DNA of 64,000 nt, from IMG/VR virus record IMGVR_UViG_3300050122_000130, positions 31,489 through 95,488 of that record. The stretch is one strand, 5' to 3'. Source of the stretch: a virus. The stretch's first letter is position 1. Each line of letters starts with the position of its first letter. The position numbers and the translations under genes were made by a program. Below the pieces are notes generated by a model. It was not told where the DNA came from and did no database searches. It saw only the letters and a list, made by a program, of their open reading frames with translations. Positions 38,256 through 48,853 of this stretch are shown one piece after another.

Positions 38256-39435
38256 ATATGCACGTCCCCACGCTACAGCAGAGCCTGCCCGACTTGGTGG
38301 CTGAGTACGACCGGAAGAGCGCGGCGCTGACCGAATCTTTCCGGTCGTTTAAAGGCGCCATCCTGGACCTGAAGATGTCCGCCACGATCGCCGGCACCCA
38401 CGGGAATGAAAACCTCGACGTCCGTTCGGAAAGTACATTCTGGACCCGCGGGGCAATATCCTGCGCGGTCTCGCCGAGGTGTTCTGCGGCCTCGATCAGG
38501 CCTACAAGAGCCACGACAAGGTCAAGATCGGCGTTGCCGGCTTGCCGAAGCGCGTCGTGATGCGGGGCTTCGGCAGCTTCAGCAGTCACGGCAAAGAGCA
38601 GCTTCAAACGATCCTGAACGCGCTGGCAGCCTATCAGGGGCGGCCGCTCGTCACCTATGAGGAATTGAATGTCCTCATGGACGACGAGAACGCGCTGCTC
38701 GAAACCAAGGTGATCGAGAGGCCTCAGCGGTACGGCAAGCCCGACCTGATTCCCGTGCACGCCCGCGGCATCCGATTACGTCGTTTCCAAAATGGGAACG
38801 GTCACCTGTTCTTCGAAAAGGATACCTTGACCGACATCAACAAGGCGCTGGCCGAGTTTTACGGCAGTGTGCTGCCGGATACCACGGAGGAGAAGCCGAC
38901 CAAGAAACAGGCCTCGACCGCGGTGTCGAAGGATCTGCAGTATTACGCGACGCCGGCGAAGGTCGTCGACCATGTTGTCGGCGAGCTCTACCAGATCAAG
39001 GGCAAAAAGGTTCTGGAGCCGAACTGCGGTTGCGGGCGATTTATGGACGCTTTGCGCAAGGCCGGTGCCAAACCCTACGGCATCGAGGTTGACGCGCTGC
39101 GCGCCGCCCAGACCCGCGCCAAGGGCCATACGGTCCTGACCGCGAACTTCCTCGAGACGGTGCCGACCGGCGACTTCGACGCGGTGGTGATGAACCCGCC
39201 GTTCTACGGCCAGCATTACGCGAAGCACGTTCTGCACGCCTTCAAGTTCTTGAAGCCGGGCGGCAAGCTGACGGCAATTCTGCCAGCGACCGCACGGTAC
39301 GACCACGGTCTTCTCGACGACCTTGGTGTCCGCTCCTCATATGACCGGCGATGGGAGGATCTGCCGGTCGGTTCGTTCAGCGAGAGCGGGACGAATATCA
39401 ACACCACCATCCTCACAATCTTCAAGGCTGAGTAA
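38252..39435 (+). pseudogene. DUF4942-like + DNA adenine methyltransferase, frameshifted near 38422
   Basis: MTase motifs EPNCGCGRF, VMNPPFY in 38479..39435; that frame extends up to FGKYILDPRGNILRGLAEVF with a stop at 38407-38409; N-terminus lies in another frame. Confidence 0.6.
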
Positions 39436-39918
39436 ATGTCAAAAACCAGATTTCAGCGCTTCATTGAGAAGGTCGCAATTGACCCGGCTACGAGGTGCTG
39501 GATCTGGATTGGACACGTCAACAAAGTTTCGGGCTATGGTCAGTTCTGGGACGGTGAAAAAGTTGTGGGCGCACACGTCTACTCTTTTGAGCATCACAAA
39601 GGGGCGTTGCCAGAGGGGATGGAGCCGGATCATAATTGCAAAACTAGAAAGTGTGTCTGTCCAGATCATTTAGACCCGGTCACGCGGCGTGAAAATCTGT
39701 TGCTTGGAGACACTATCGCAGCACGTAATGCCGGAAAAACACGCTGCGACCAGGGCCACGAATTTACCGAACAAAATACCTATGTCAGGGCCAACGGTTC
39801 TCGCGGATGTCGAGTTTGCCGTTCTGCCTCGAATAGGGAATGGGCCAACAACAATCGCGACCGCCGGCGAGAGTTGGATCGTGAAGCGTATCGGCGCAAA
39901 ACAGCTAGAGGAAGATAG
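39436..39918 (+). CDS. HNH homing endonuclease
   Basis: CWIW.G, GYG, AH..S, DH.C..R.C..P.HL..VT..EN, C..GH. Confidence 0.9.
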   Translation: MSKTRFQRFIEKVAIDPATRCWIWIGHVNKVSGYGQFWDGEKVVGAHVYSFEHHKGALPEGMEPDHNCKTRKCVCPDHLDPVTRRENLLLGDTIAARNAGKTRCDQGHEFTEQNTYVRANGSRGCRVCRSASNREWANNNRDRRRELDREAYRRKTARGR

Positions 39919-39920
39919 CA

Positions 39921-40295
39921 ATGCCAAAATCTGCAAAACCGAGAAGCGCTGGAAAGCAGGACGTTGAGATCGGGCGCCGCATTCGCTTGCGCCGCGTTGA
40001 ATTGGGGATGTCGCAAGCCGAGCTCGGTGACAAACTCGGCGTCAGCTTCCAACAAATCCAGAAGCGGGAAAAAGGCGTCAACCGGACCAGCGGCGCCCAA
40101 CTCCAACAAACAGCGACCGCGCTCGATGTGCCGGTCACGTTCTTCTACGACGGCGACGGCAAGACCCGCGAAGTCGAGAGCCTGCTGTTCATCGACAGCG
40201 GCTTCAGTCTGCGGCTGCTGCGCGCCTATTCGGCGATCAAGGATCAGTCCGTGCAGCGGCATTTTGTGTCGCTCATGGAATCCATGGCCGGCTAA
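39921..40295 (+). CDS. XRE-family HTH transcriptional regulator
   Basis: IG.RIR.RR...GMSQ.ELG..LGVSFQQIQK.EKG.NR. Confidence 0.9.
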   Translation: MPKSAKPRSAGKQDVEIGRRIRLRRVELGMSQAELGDKLGVSFQQIQKREKGVNRTSGAQLQQTATALDVPVTFFYDGDGKTREVESLLFIDSGFSLRLLRAYSAIKDQSVQRHFVSLMESMAG

Positions 40296-40501
40296 CCACG
40301 GAGAATCGCGATGTCGGACAAGAAAGCTTCGGACCGCGGTGTGGTCGACTCGATCGCCCGGCTTCGCGAGATCCGCTACATGACGAAGGGACCGGGCGCC
40401 GCGCGCGCCCGTGCTCCCAAGAAGCCGACGATCGACAAGCTTCGCAGCGATGTTGCGAAGGTAGAAAAGAAAACCAAGAAGGCAAAGCAGGGGAAGCGAC
40501 G

Positions 40502-40939
40502 ATGATACTTTGGCAATTTCTGGCGCTCCTCGCCGTCCACTGGATTGCAGATTTCGTGCTGCAGACACACTGGCAGGCGTCGAACAAGAGCAAAGACAAC
40601 GCAGCACTTGCGGTTCACGTCATCAATTACACTGCGACCATCGGCATCGCTGTCCCCGGGATCTTTTTCCGGGTGGACTTGAGCGCGGCCATATTTGTTG
40701 CGGTCAACGGTGTGCTGCACTTCATCACTGACTGGTGCACGAGCCGCGTCTCGTCGCGGCTGTTCATGGGGCAGTTTCAGGTTCTCACCGTGTCCGGGCC
40801 AGGCATGGGTATATCTCCCGGCCCGCACCTGATTTCAAAGGACAACTTCAATCCTCACAACTTCTTCGTAGTCATCGGGCTGGACCAACTCATCCACCAG
40901 GCCACGCTGACCGTAACGATGTGGGCTTTCCTCACATGA
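40502..40939 (+). CDS. DUF3307-family membrane protein
   Basis: HWIADFVLQ, H..TD, IGLDQ.IH. Confidence 0.8.
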   Translation: MILWQFLALLAVHWIADFVLQTHWQASNKSKDNAALAVHVINYTATIGIAVPGIFFRVDLSAAIFVAVNGVLHFITDWCTSRVSSRLFMGQFQVLTVSGPGMGISPGPHLISKDNFNPHNFFVVIGLDQLIHQATLTVTMWAFLT

Positions 40940-41152
40940 AACCGGCTGTTGCACACGCCATCGCTTCCCTCGCGATCGGGCTGATCGCTCTCGTTGTCAT
41001 TGGATTTTTGCCGTGAGCATCGACGAGCGAAACTTATTGCTGCTACTCGCGAAGATGATCCTGCAGACCGTCTCAAACAGCATCGACGAAACTGAATTAC
41101 GCGAAGCCATCCGAAAAATCGAACAATCTGAAGATCGAGAACGAGACAAGAT

Positions 41153-41386
41153 ATGGAAAAAATGATGAAGCGCACGCCAGAACAAATTCTCGATATCTCC
41201 GAGAAGGTCTACCGCCAGCGCCTCGAAGACGATTGTCGCGGCAACACCGAGCGCATGCTGCAAAAGGATCGCGAAAAAGACCCGGACGACAACGGCAAGA
41301 AGCTACGCAACCGCGCGAAATCTTATAACCGGTTGACGCGCGTCTACCTGCAGGTGCTCGGATTGGATGAGGATGACGGCGCGTGA
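41153..41386 (+). CDS. Hypothetical protein
   Basis: ORF in the operon. Confidence 0.5.
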   Translation: MEKMMKRTPEQILDISEKVYRQRLEDDCRGNTERMLQKDREKDPDDNGKKLRNRAKSYNRLTRVYLQVLGLDEDDGA

Positions 41387-41559
41387 GATCTGGACAAAGT
41401 CCCAGGATCAGTATTAGGCTGCGAATTATTCGAGGCGATCAACTCGATAGAAAACGCGGCACCTATACCGAACTTCTTCGCGTCCGGTGTCGTGGCAACA
41501 TGACCCCTGATTCCGCGTTTCCGGGCTTGATCGGCCGGGCGCGAAGGAGACTTTCTGCT

Positions 41560-42228
41560 ATGGCTCCGCGTTCGAATACGCCAGTTTACATCTGCGGAAT
41601 CTACACGATCACAAATACCGTCAGTGGCCGTATCTACGTCGGTTCGGCAGCAAAAATTCACAAACGCTGGTTAGCTCACCGCAACCATCTGAAGCACGGC
41701 ACACATCATTCAAAATCGCTCCAACGATCGTGGATAAAGCATGGTCCGGATGCCTTCGTTTTTGAGGTAGTCGAGGTCGTTTCAAATTCACTTGATCTGA
41801 TTGTGCGAGAGCAGCACTGGCTGGACAAGTTGGGCTCTGCACATCCGAAGCGCGGCTTTAACATCCGACCGAACGCAGCAAACCAGTTGGGTACAAAGCG
41901 CTCCGCAGAAAGCAGGAAGCGCATGAGCGAATCTGCCAGACGTCGAGATCCTGAGACGCATAAAAATCGGAGAAAATCTGAAACTCCCCCTTGGAACAAG
42001 GGAATGAAAATGTCGCCAGAGTTTTGCCAACTAATAGGCGATATCCAGCGCGGACAGAAACGAAAACCTCGATCTCCAGAAACTCGCGCAAGAATAGGAG
42101 ACGCTAATCGAGGCAATAAATCCCATCTCAAGGGGAAGCCACGTGATCCAGAAATTATTCGAAAAACAGTTCAAACGAAAAGGATGAAACGACGTGTCAG
42201 GACAGGACAAGGCGAACTTGAACTATAG
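41560..42228 (+). CDS. GIY-YIG homing endonuclease with NUMOD3 repeats
   Basis: GIY.ITN...G..YVGS, H.S..LQ.SW.K.G; ATG 41560 with AGGAG RBS. Confidence 0.9.
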   Translation: MAPRSNTPVYICGIYTITNTVSGRIYVGSAAKIHKRWLAHRNHLKHGTHHSKSLQRSWIKHGPDAFVFEVVEVVSNSLDLIVREQHWLDKLGSAHPKRGFNIRPNAANQLGTKRSAESRKRMSESARRRDPETHKNRRKSETPPWNKGMKMSPEFCQLIGDIQRGQKRKPRSPETRARIGDANRGNKSHLKGKPRDPEIIRKTVQTKRMKRRVRTGQGELEL

Positions 42229-43465
42229 GCTGGTGGAACTGAGATGTTCCAACTTCAAAGCCTTAAAGGCCGTCGCGATCCGGACGGACCAAACAGTGGT
42301 TCAGGTCGCGGGACGCAACGCCCAAGGCAAGAGCAGCCTGCTTGATGCCATCGCCGCTGCGATCGGCGGCAAGGATGCCTTTCCGAAAGAGCCGATCCGG
42401 AAGGGCCAAGACCGGGCCGAGATTTTTCTCGACTTCGGCGGACTGAAGCTGACCCGTAAAATCTGGACCAAGGAAGGCGGTGGCGTCAACCACAGCGTCG
42501 TCCTCGAATACGCCGATGGAAAGCGCCCTAAGTCTCCGCAGGACGTTCTGGACACACTGCGCGGCTCACCGATCGCGGACGATCCGATTGCCTTCTCTCG
42601 GCTGAAGCCGAAAGAACGATACGATCTGCTCAAGCAACTGGTGCCGGACTTCGACTTCGAGGACCAGGCCATGCGTCGGCAGGAGATGTTCGAAGATCGC
42701 ACGATCGTCGGGCGCGACCGCGACCGGGTCCGGGGAGCGGTCGACTCGATCGTAGTTCCTCCGGACGCGCCGCCGGCGCCGGTCGATGTCACCGAACTGG
42801 CTGGCCAGCTGCGCGCCGCCGGCGACCACAACGCCACGGTGGACAAGCGGGCAGAGGGGCGGGCCCAGGCTGCTGAGCAGATCGAGACCTTGCGGGACGA
42901 GGCGGATCGACTGATGGCCCAGGGCAGAGCCAAGAACGCCGAGGCTCTGGCGCTGGAACTGAAACTGAAGGGCGCCGAGGAACTTCCGGCCAAAATCGAC
43001 ACCGTGGCGATCGAGGCAGCCATCGCCAACGCTGAGACGGCCAATGCCGGGGCTAGGAAGCGCGCTGAGCGACTTTCCAAGGAAGCCGAGGCCAAGGCCC
43101 TCGAAACCAAGTATGACGGCCTGACGGCCGCCATAAAGGCGCTGGACGAGGCCAAGACCACGGCGATCGAGCAGGCCAAGCTGCCGGTTCCGGAACTTTC
43201 GTTTGGAATCGACGACATTCTTCTCGATAACCTGCCATTCGACCAGGCATCGACCGCGCGCAAGATCCGGGTCTCCACGGCTCTCCTGATGGCGCTGAAG
43301 CCGGAACTGCGAGTGCTGCTGGTGCGGGAAGGCTCCCTGCTGGACGACGAGGCGCGGGCCGCGCTCGAGGCGGACGCCCAGGCGCACGATTTCGTGGTGC
43401 TCATGGAGACCGTCGGCGCCGGCGACGGATCTGGTATCGTGATCGAAGATGGGCAGGTGGTGTGA
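42194..43465 (+). CDS. SMC/AAA_23-like coiled-coil ATPase
   Basis: NFK, GRNAQGKSS Walker A, coiled coil, ASTA signature, EGSLLD. Confidence 0.85.
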   Translation: MSGQDKANLNYRLVELRCSNFKALKAVAIRTDQTVVQVAGRNAQGKSSLLDAIAAAIGGKDAFPKEPIRKGQDRAEIFLDFGGLKLTRKIWTKEGGGVNHSVVLEYADGKRPKSPQDVLDTLRGSPIADDPIAFSRLKPKERYDLLKQLVPDFDFEDQAMRRQEMFEDRTIVGRDRDRVRGAVDSIVVPPDAPPAPVDVTELAGQLRAAGDHNATVDKRAEGRAQAAEQIETLRDEADRLMAQGRAKNAEALALELKLKGAEELPAKIDTVAIEAAIANAETANAGARKRAERLSKEAEAKALETKYDGLTAAIKALDEAKTTAIEQAKLPVPELSFGIDDILLDNLPFDQASTARKIRVSTALLMALKPELRVLLVREGSLLDDEARAALEADAQAHDFVVLMETVGAGDGSGIVIEDGQVV

Positions 43466-43920
43466 TGCGAAAAAGCTTCAGCAAGGTCGGACAGACCTCG
43501 CTCGGCACGGGCGTACTGACTTGGACGCCATACGAGCGGCAATCGGACCGGTACGGCTCGGTCTATCTCATCAAGGAAGGCGGCCATTCGCTCGCAGACG
43601 GCCCATGGCCATCGCTGATCGACGAGGCTACCGCGCTCGCCTTTGACGGGCTCAACGGCGAACTAATTGCCGTTGTAAAAATTGCGAGGGAAAGCACTCA
43701 CATCGGTGATCTGTTCCACGGCGTTTCTCCGCGAAAACCGGAAGTCGGTCAGATCATCGTGCTCGGCAAAGGAATGCTTTTCCGCGCGCCGGCGCCACAG
43801 GGCGGGATTGGAGTCGGGTTGTATCCTGCCGATCGGCGCGCGACACAGTGGCTCGATATGCGCGCGCTCTATGACGCGCACGAACAGACCGTCGATCTTA
43901 GCTTCGTGCCAGGAGGTTAG
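43462..43920 (+). CDS. Hypothetical protein
   Basis: ER.SDRYG, RES.HIGD motifs; coupled ORF. Confidence 0.6.
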   Translation: MMRKSFSKVGQTSLGTGVLTWTPYERQSDRYGSVYLIKEGGHSLADGPWPSLIDEATALAFDGLNGELIAVVKIARESTHIGDLFHGVSPRKPEVGQIIVLGKGMLFRAPAPQGGIGVGLYPADRRATQWLDMRALYDAHEQTVDLSFVPGG

Positions 43921-44309
43921 TGATGTCCGTCTGGAAACCGATCGAGAGCGTTCCGAGGGGAAAGCTTGTTCTTGTCCGCAAGCGTCAGCCGGGTTTGACT
44001 CATACGATTTCTGGGGGCGAGCCGTCATCTGACGGCTGGTATTACAACACTGCACATTGGCACACAGCTTCGAATGAAAATATTCATCGATGGGCCGACG
44101 AGTGGACTGAAATTCCGGGCGACGAAGATCTGAAGCAACGCATCAAGAATGCCGTCGAGGTGATCGGCGCCTTCGGCGGCCATGATGGCGCGCATCACAA
44201 GCAATGGGTGCTGGACCAGGTTGTCCGCGCTCTTCTGTCGGAGGCCGAGTACGAGACGTGGACCAACCGGATCGACGGCGGAGAATGGGACAAAGGAATC
44301 GCTCCGTGA
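43920..44309 (+). CDS. Hypothetical phage protein
   Basis: DGAHHKQWVLDQ...WD.GIAP motif. Confidence 0.6.
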   Translation: MMSVWKPIESVPRGKLVLVRKRQPGLTHTISGGEPSSDGWYYNTAHWHTASNENIHRWADEWTEIPGDEDLKQRIKNAVEVIGAFGGHDGAHHKQWVLDQVVRALLSEAEYETWTNRIDGGEWDKGIAP

Positions 44310-44505
44310 CACTTACGGCTGACGAAGCCGCGATCATCAAGGAAGCGATCGACCATCTTCGGCGGCTGGCTATCGTCGAGATACATACGCCAGGAATTCA
44401 GGCCGTTGTGGTGTGCGGACATCGCTGTAAGGTTTGCTCGAGCAAGTGGCATGTGACCGAAACCGAGAGGCACGAGGTATCGTGCATATTGAAAGGAAGC
44501 GAACT

Positions 44506-44754
44506 GTGAACGCGACAAAAGACAATCCCTTTATCCTGCTCGATTCGGACGAGCCGCATCTCGCCAAGCTTGATCCGAAGTTCGTCGAGCCGCTGCGCTT
44601 GGCGCATGCGGGGAATGGTTACTATTGGATATCCGGTCAACTCAGCGTGCCGCTCGGCACGGTCAAGAGCCGTATCAACCGCGCGCGGGAGCGCATCATC
44701 AAAATGCGCGAAGCGGAAGCCATTATGAGACCAGCATGGAAAGAGAAAGCGTGA
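44506..44754 (+). CDS. Stand-alone sigma70/ECF region-4-like HTH protein
   Basis: L..L......L.L...G..Y..I...L.VPLGTVKSRINRAR..I. Confidence 0.75.
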   Translation: MNATKDNPFILLDSDEPHLAKLDPKFVEPLRLAHAGNGYYWISGQLSVPLGTVKSRINRARERIIKMREAEAIMRPAWKEKA

Positions 44755-45111
44755 TGGAGTTTGAAGCACTGGAATACATTGAAAAAGCTGTCGATGCAGC
44801 GTGCGATACTGGAGCTCAGACAGCTAGCGCTGTTGCCTTGGTGTCGATCGCGATCTCGCTCAAGCGGATTGCCGATCAGGTTGCAGGCGTGCCTTACAAC
44901 TACGCACCAGGCGCTGACAATGTCGGCCATAGAATGGGATTGGTCGACGGCATCATGCACGCGATCGAGCAGGGCTTGCTCGCTGCCAGTCAGAGAGGTT
45001 GACGGTGGACAAAGCGACGCCTCGACGCAGCTGCCGCGCTCGAACAAAACGGCATGGTGCACTTATTTGACGCTGTCGAAGAATGATTTTAGGATTGACG
45101 GAGCTAATCTG

Positions 45112-45591
45112 ATGCGATCTGCACCAATCTATCTTATTGAAAAAAACGTTGATGTCTTTCGCGCGCTAATTCGAGCGTTGGAACGTGTTGGTGGTCCTGC
45201 ACCAAAAAATCTTAATTTGCCGGCAGACGTTTCAAACGTAATCACCTGGAGTCAGCTTGGAATAGAATACAGAAGGATGGAGCCGATCGAACAAGGCGAA
45301 AGCATTTCCATCTATCGTAATAGAATGAAAGCGCGTCTTCGACGAGCATTCGATATGCTGGTAATGCACGATATTGTTCGTGTGGCTGAAATGCCGGACT
45401 ACATGTCTTCGATATATGACAAGCCGATAGGGCATGACGCTGAGATCGAGAAACCCAGGATGATTTATTTCATCTGGCCTACAGGTCGCCCTGTCTACGG
45501 ACGTGGGCTTTTATGGCCGAACACGCCCACTACACGTTTACGATTGTCAGAATTGAAAAGTGTTGGTGATGCATATCCTGTGCGCAACTAA
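45112..45591 (+). CDS. Free-standing paralog of the primase-helicase C-terminal domain
   Basis: NVDVFRAL, W.QLG.EY, NR.KAR.RR, EKPRMI.F.WPTGR.VYG.GL.WP shared with the C-terminus of 30104..32593. Confidence 0.8.
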   Translation: MRSAPIYLIEKNVDVFRALIRALERVGGPAPKNLNLPADVSNVITWSQLGIEYRRMEPIEQGESISIYRNRMKARLRRAFDMLVMHDIVRVAEMPDYMSSIYDKPIGHDAEIEKPRMIYFIWPTGRPVYGRGLLWPNTPTTRLRLSELKSVGDAYPVRN

Positions 45592-46267
45592 ACCGCGGAC
45601 TGGACGCAACGCAGAGACTCAGGTCTATGCGGCGGCTTCTCAGGAGGTTGCTATGTCCCGACCGGACGCTGACGAGATCGCGATCGCACTCGCCGACGCG
45701 CTGCCAAGAAACGCCGAGAGGCGAACCGAGATCGTGGCCGTCGGCATGCTGGCGACCGCGCTGATCTCCGGCACTCGCCAGGAAGAACGATCTGAACTGA
45801 TCGAGGACTTTTGCGCGATCCTGCGCAAGAGCGTAGCAGCGGAGATGAACTGATGGCCGATCAACACGGAGAAATTCGCAGAGCGCACCTTGCGTCTCAA
45901 ATTTGCGGCGTTGTTGCAGTGGCATCGGCGGTCGCACTGGTGATCTTGCTTGCCCTGTATGTCGACCCGCGTGGCTGTAAGTCCTCAGAGCAAGTTATGA
46001 TCGCTAACTCGATCTTGTTGGCGGGATGTCCGCGATGAGCACGCTGACCGACGCGCAAAAATTGGACATGGCGAACAAAGCTGCCGCGGTGATGTTCACC
46101 AGCGTCTCCGGCGTTCCGAACGAGATCCAGCTTGAGGCTTCGATCATCCTCCTGCGGACGCTGTTCGTATCGCATGTTCGGCCGACGCATCGCCTCAGCC
46201 TATTCGGCTCCGTTGTGCAGCGGCTACGCAAGGAATTAAAAGAAAATCTTCAAACCGGAGTAAAGCC

Positions 46268-46501
46268 GTGAGCAAAGCCAACCTGGAAAATATGGATCGC
46301 GCAATCGGCGCGCTGGTGCGCGCGCGGCGCTACAAGGTCGAGATGGGCCAACCTGAGCTCGCCAAGGCTCTCGATGTCACTCCGATGATGATCCAGAAAT
46401 ACGAGACCGGCGCCAGTTCGCTCAAGGCTAAAACTCTGGTCGCTATCGCGCGCGCATTGAAGTGCAGCACCATGGATTTATTTCCGAAGGGATGCAGGTG
46501 A
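46268..46501 (+). CDS. XRE-family HTH regulator
   Basis: IG..VR.RR...MGQ.ELA.AL.VT...IQKYE.G. Confidence 0.85.
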   Translation: MSKANLENMDRAIGALVRARRYKVEMGQPELAKALDVTPMMIQKYETGASSLKAKTLVAIARALKCSTMDLFPKGCR

Positions 46502-47652
46502 TGTTTTGCCGCTGCGACAATCCCGAACCTTGCATGGATGGTTCGTGCGCCATCTGTCGAATGCCGCTACGTGAACTTCCTGAGCAGCTGCTTCACACTC
46601 GGCCGCTGCCGCCGATCACGCCAGGCTTTCGCGACAATATCCCGCCTGACCCGTCGCCGTGGCGCGTCTGTCCATCGTGTGGTCAGGAAAACACAGAGCA
46701 CAAGCCAAGGTGTCCTCGAGCTAATTGGAATGTTCGCAAGGATACGCCAGCGGCGACGGAATATGATCGAGGAGATGCGGCGTGAGCAAATATGAGCGAT
46801 ACGATAAGGCGTTTGTGGACATGATAAAGAAGGCCGATAAAGATCCGCCAGAGCGCTACGTCCGCACCCTAGATGAGCTGATCGAGTTCTTATTGGAAGA
46901 AGATGGGGTAGCGTCCCCACTTCCTAATGGGACACAGCATGACGCCAGCTAATTTAATCCTTTTCGGCCTCGCTATCGTTGCAATCGGCTTACTTTTTCT
47001 CGGAGCGGGTCTCATCTGGCAATACCGAGTGAACTCGCGCCGCAGCCCAGAACATTCGAATGGAGATCGCGACCATGGTTGACGCCGTAGAGGCTAGGAT
47101 TATGTTCAAGAGCGCTTTTATCAACCACTACAAGAACGAGCGGGAGCGTTCGGAATCCTGCATTGGTGATATCATCGATATCTTGCAAACGCGGGACACC
47201 TCATCCGATGACCAAACGGTTGAAATTCTAGAACGGATCATTCGGCACTATAGCCGATCCTGACCGATGGAAGAGAGACTATGAAAATTTGGTGGTATAA
47301 TAACGTCCGGCGCCATTTCGACAATTGGCTTGCTTGGCGATTACTCGGCAGGGAATGGCTGTCCGAGGGACGGCAACGAGAGATGTTTCCACGCGCAGCT
47401 AAGCTGACGCCGGAAGCTATCGAATGGGCGCGCAAGGTGACAGAGCGGCGTTCCTGAGCAGAAAGCCCTGATGCCCCGCGACCTAAAGACACTTCTCGCT
47501 GACAACGAAACGCCGGAGACGATCCAGTCCGCGCTAGATGCGCTTGACGAACTGGTGCCGACGTCGCCGGCGTGGGCTTTGAAGATTCTGCAGAACCGCG
47601 AGGAACTGCTACAGGAATTGAACACGATTAATTGTCAAGGGACTTTGTTCTG

Positions 47653-48009
47653 ATGCCGCGCATGATTTCGTTCTCAATGACGACGCCGCAATTCATTGCA
47701 GGCACCAAAGACGTCACGCGTCGTATGGGGTGGCTGATGCTGAAGCCCGGCGATGAGTTAGTGGCGGTCGAAAAAGCCATGGGACTTGGCAAAGGTGGTA
47801 AGGTAAATCGCTTGGGACTGATCCGCGTTCTCGATACTCGCCGGGAAAAACTTTCTCATATAGAGAACTATCCGAAGTACGGAATCTACGAAGTTGCGCG
47901 CGAGGGGTTTCCGGATATGACCGCTGCGGAGTTTATCCACTTCTTTTGCGAGGGGCACGACTGTAGGCCGAGCAGTACCATCACTAGAATCGAATTTAGG
48001 AAACTTTGA
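47653..48009 (+). CDS. ASCH/PUA-like domain protein
   Basis: F.......GTK.VTRR, LKPGD, E..REGF, RIEF. Confidence 0.75.
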   Translation: MPRMISFSMTTPQFIAGTKDVTRRMGWLMLKPGDELVAVEKAMGLGKGGKVNRLGLIRVLDTRREKLSHIENYPKYGIYEVAREGFPDMTAAEFIHFFCEGHDCRPSSTITRIEFRKL

Positions 48010-48431
48010 TGACGCTCAAACCTTCGACCGGATTCGACTGGCATCACGTGGCGTGGGGCCATCCTGATTCGCCGCGGTCGTGTCGATTCTCCTACTGCTG
48101 ATGCTCACTGCCGGCGACGGCCGTGTCGCTCAGTTCTGCAATGGCTGTATGATAAAATGGTGGAGATTGCGATGACACTAGATCAGATTGAGGAAATGCG
48201 GCGCGGTGAAGAGCCATCGTTAAGTTTACAGCAAGCGGCCAGAAATACCGGTCTCGGATTTACCCAATGTCCGGACTGCAAAGGCAACGGATACACGAAA
48301 GCAACCTCGTTGCTTTCACCGAAGGCTTTGCATGTTCTGGCAATCCACTGCCCGAAAGAGCCTGTGCCAATCCAGTACGACAAATGTTGCCGATGCGACG
48401 GCACCGGCGGATTTATAATCGAGGGAATGCT

Positions 48432-48812
48432 ATGAATATTAACCGCCGCTTTTTCGTTGCTGGACTCGGCGCTGCGATCGTCGCTGCCAGCCTTCCTATC
48501 GCGAGCCTATCAGAAAGCTTTTTGCCAACTCCGGTATTCGTGCTGCCTAAAAATCCCAACGGGTGGTTTCTAACCGCGCAGCACTTGATGGACTGCATGA
48601 AAGCAATCGGAGAGCAGCTGGTGCCTTACGAAAAAATTGCACTATCTGACGGTGACAAACGCACAATTGCGGAGGCAATTGACGCGACGCTGTGGGAAAT
48701 CAAACCGGCCGGTTTGCGGATACTGATAGAAGCTCCGATGCAAGCGCTGATCAGCGGAGAATTCCAGTTGATAGAATCAGCACTTGGAACGGTTACGATA
48801 AAAGGATCTTGA
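48432..48812 (+). CDS. Hypothetical protein with twin-arginine-like leader
   Basis: MNINRRFFVAGLGAAIVAA. Confidence 0.55.
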   Translation: MNINRRFFVAGLGAAIVAASLPIASLSESFLPTPVFVLPKNPNGWFLTAQHLMDCMKAIGEQLVPYEKIALSDGDKRTIAEAIDATLWEIKPAGLRILIEAPMQALISGEFQLIESALGTVTIKGS

Positions 48813-48835
48813 ATAAACTAAACCGATAGTATACC
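48808..48835 (+). promoter_or_regulatory. Promoter/operator copy
   Basis: CTTGAATAA-ACTAAAC-CGATA-GTATACC, same layout as 38014-38041. Confidence 0.55.
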
Positions 48836-48853
48836 TAACGGCCACAAACCGGC

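Noticed and set aside
41373-41510. TAG stop-codon reassignment
   Set aside because: TAG terminates other clear genes (for example 39918, 53759) and long genes have no in-frame TAG
44761-45111. N-terminal 117 aa of ORF 44761..45591
   Set aside because: Overlaps another gene; homology to the primase CTD begins only after ATG 45112
45587-45593. Fifth operator copy (ACTAAAC)
   Set aside because: Half-site only; the second arm does not match
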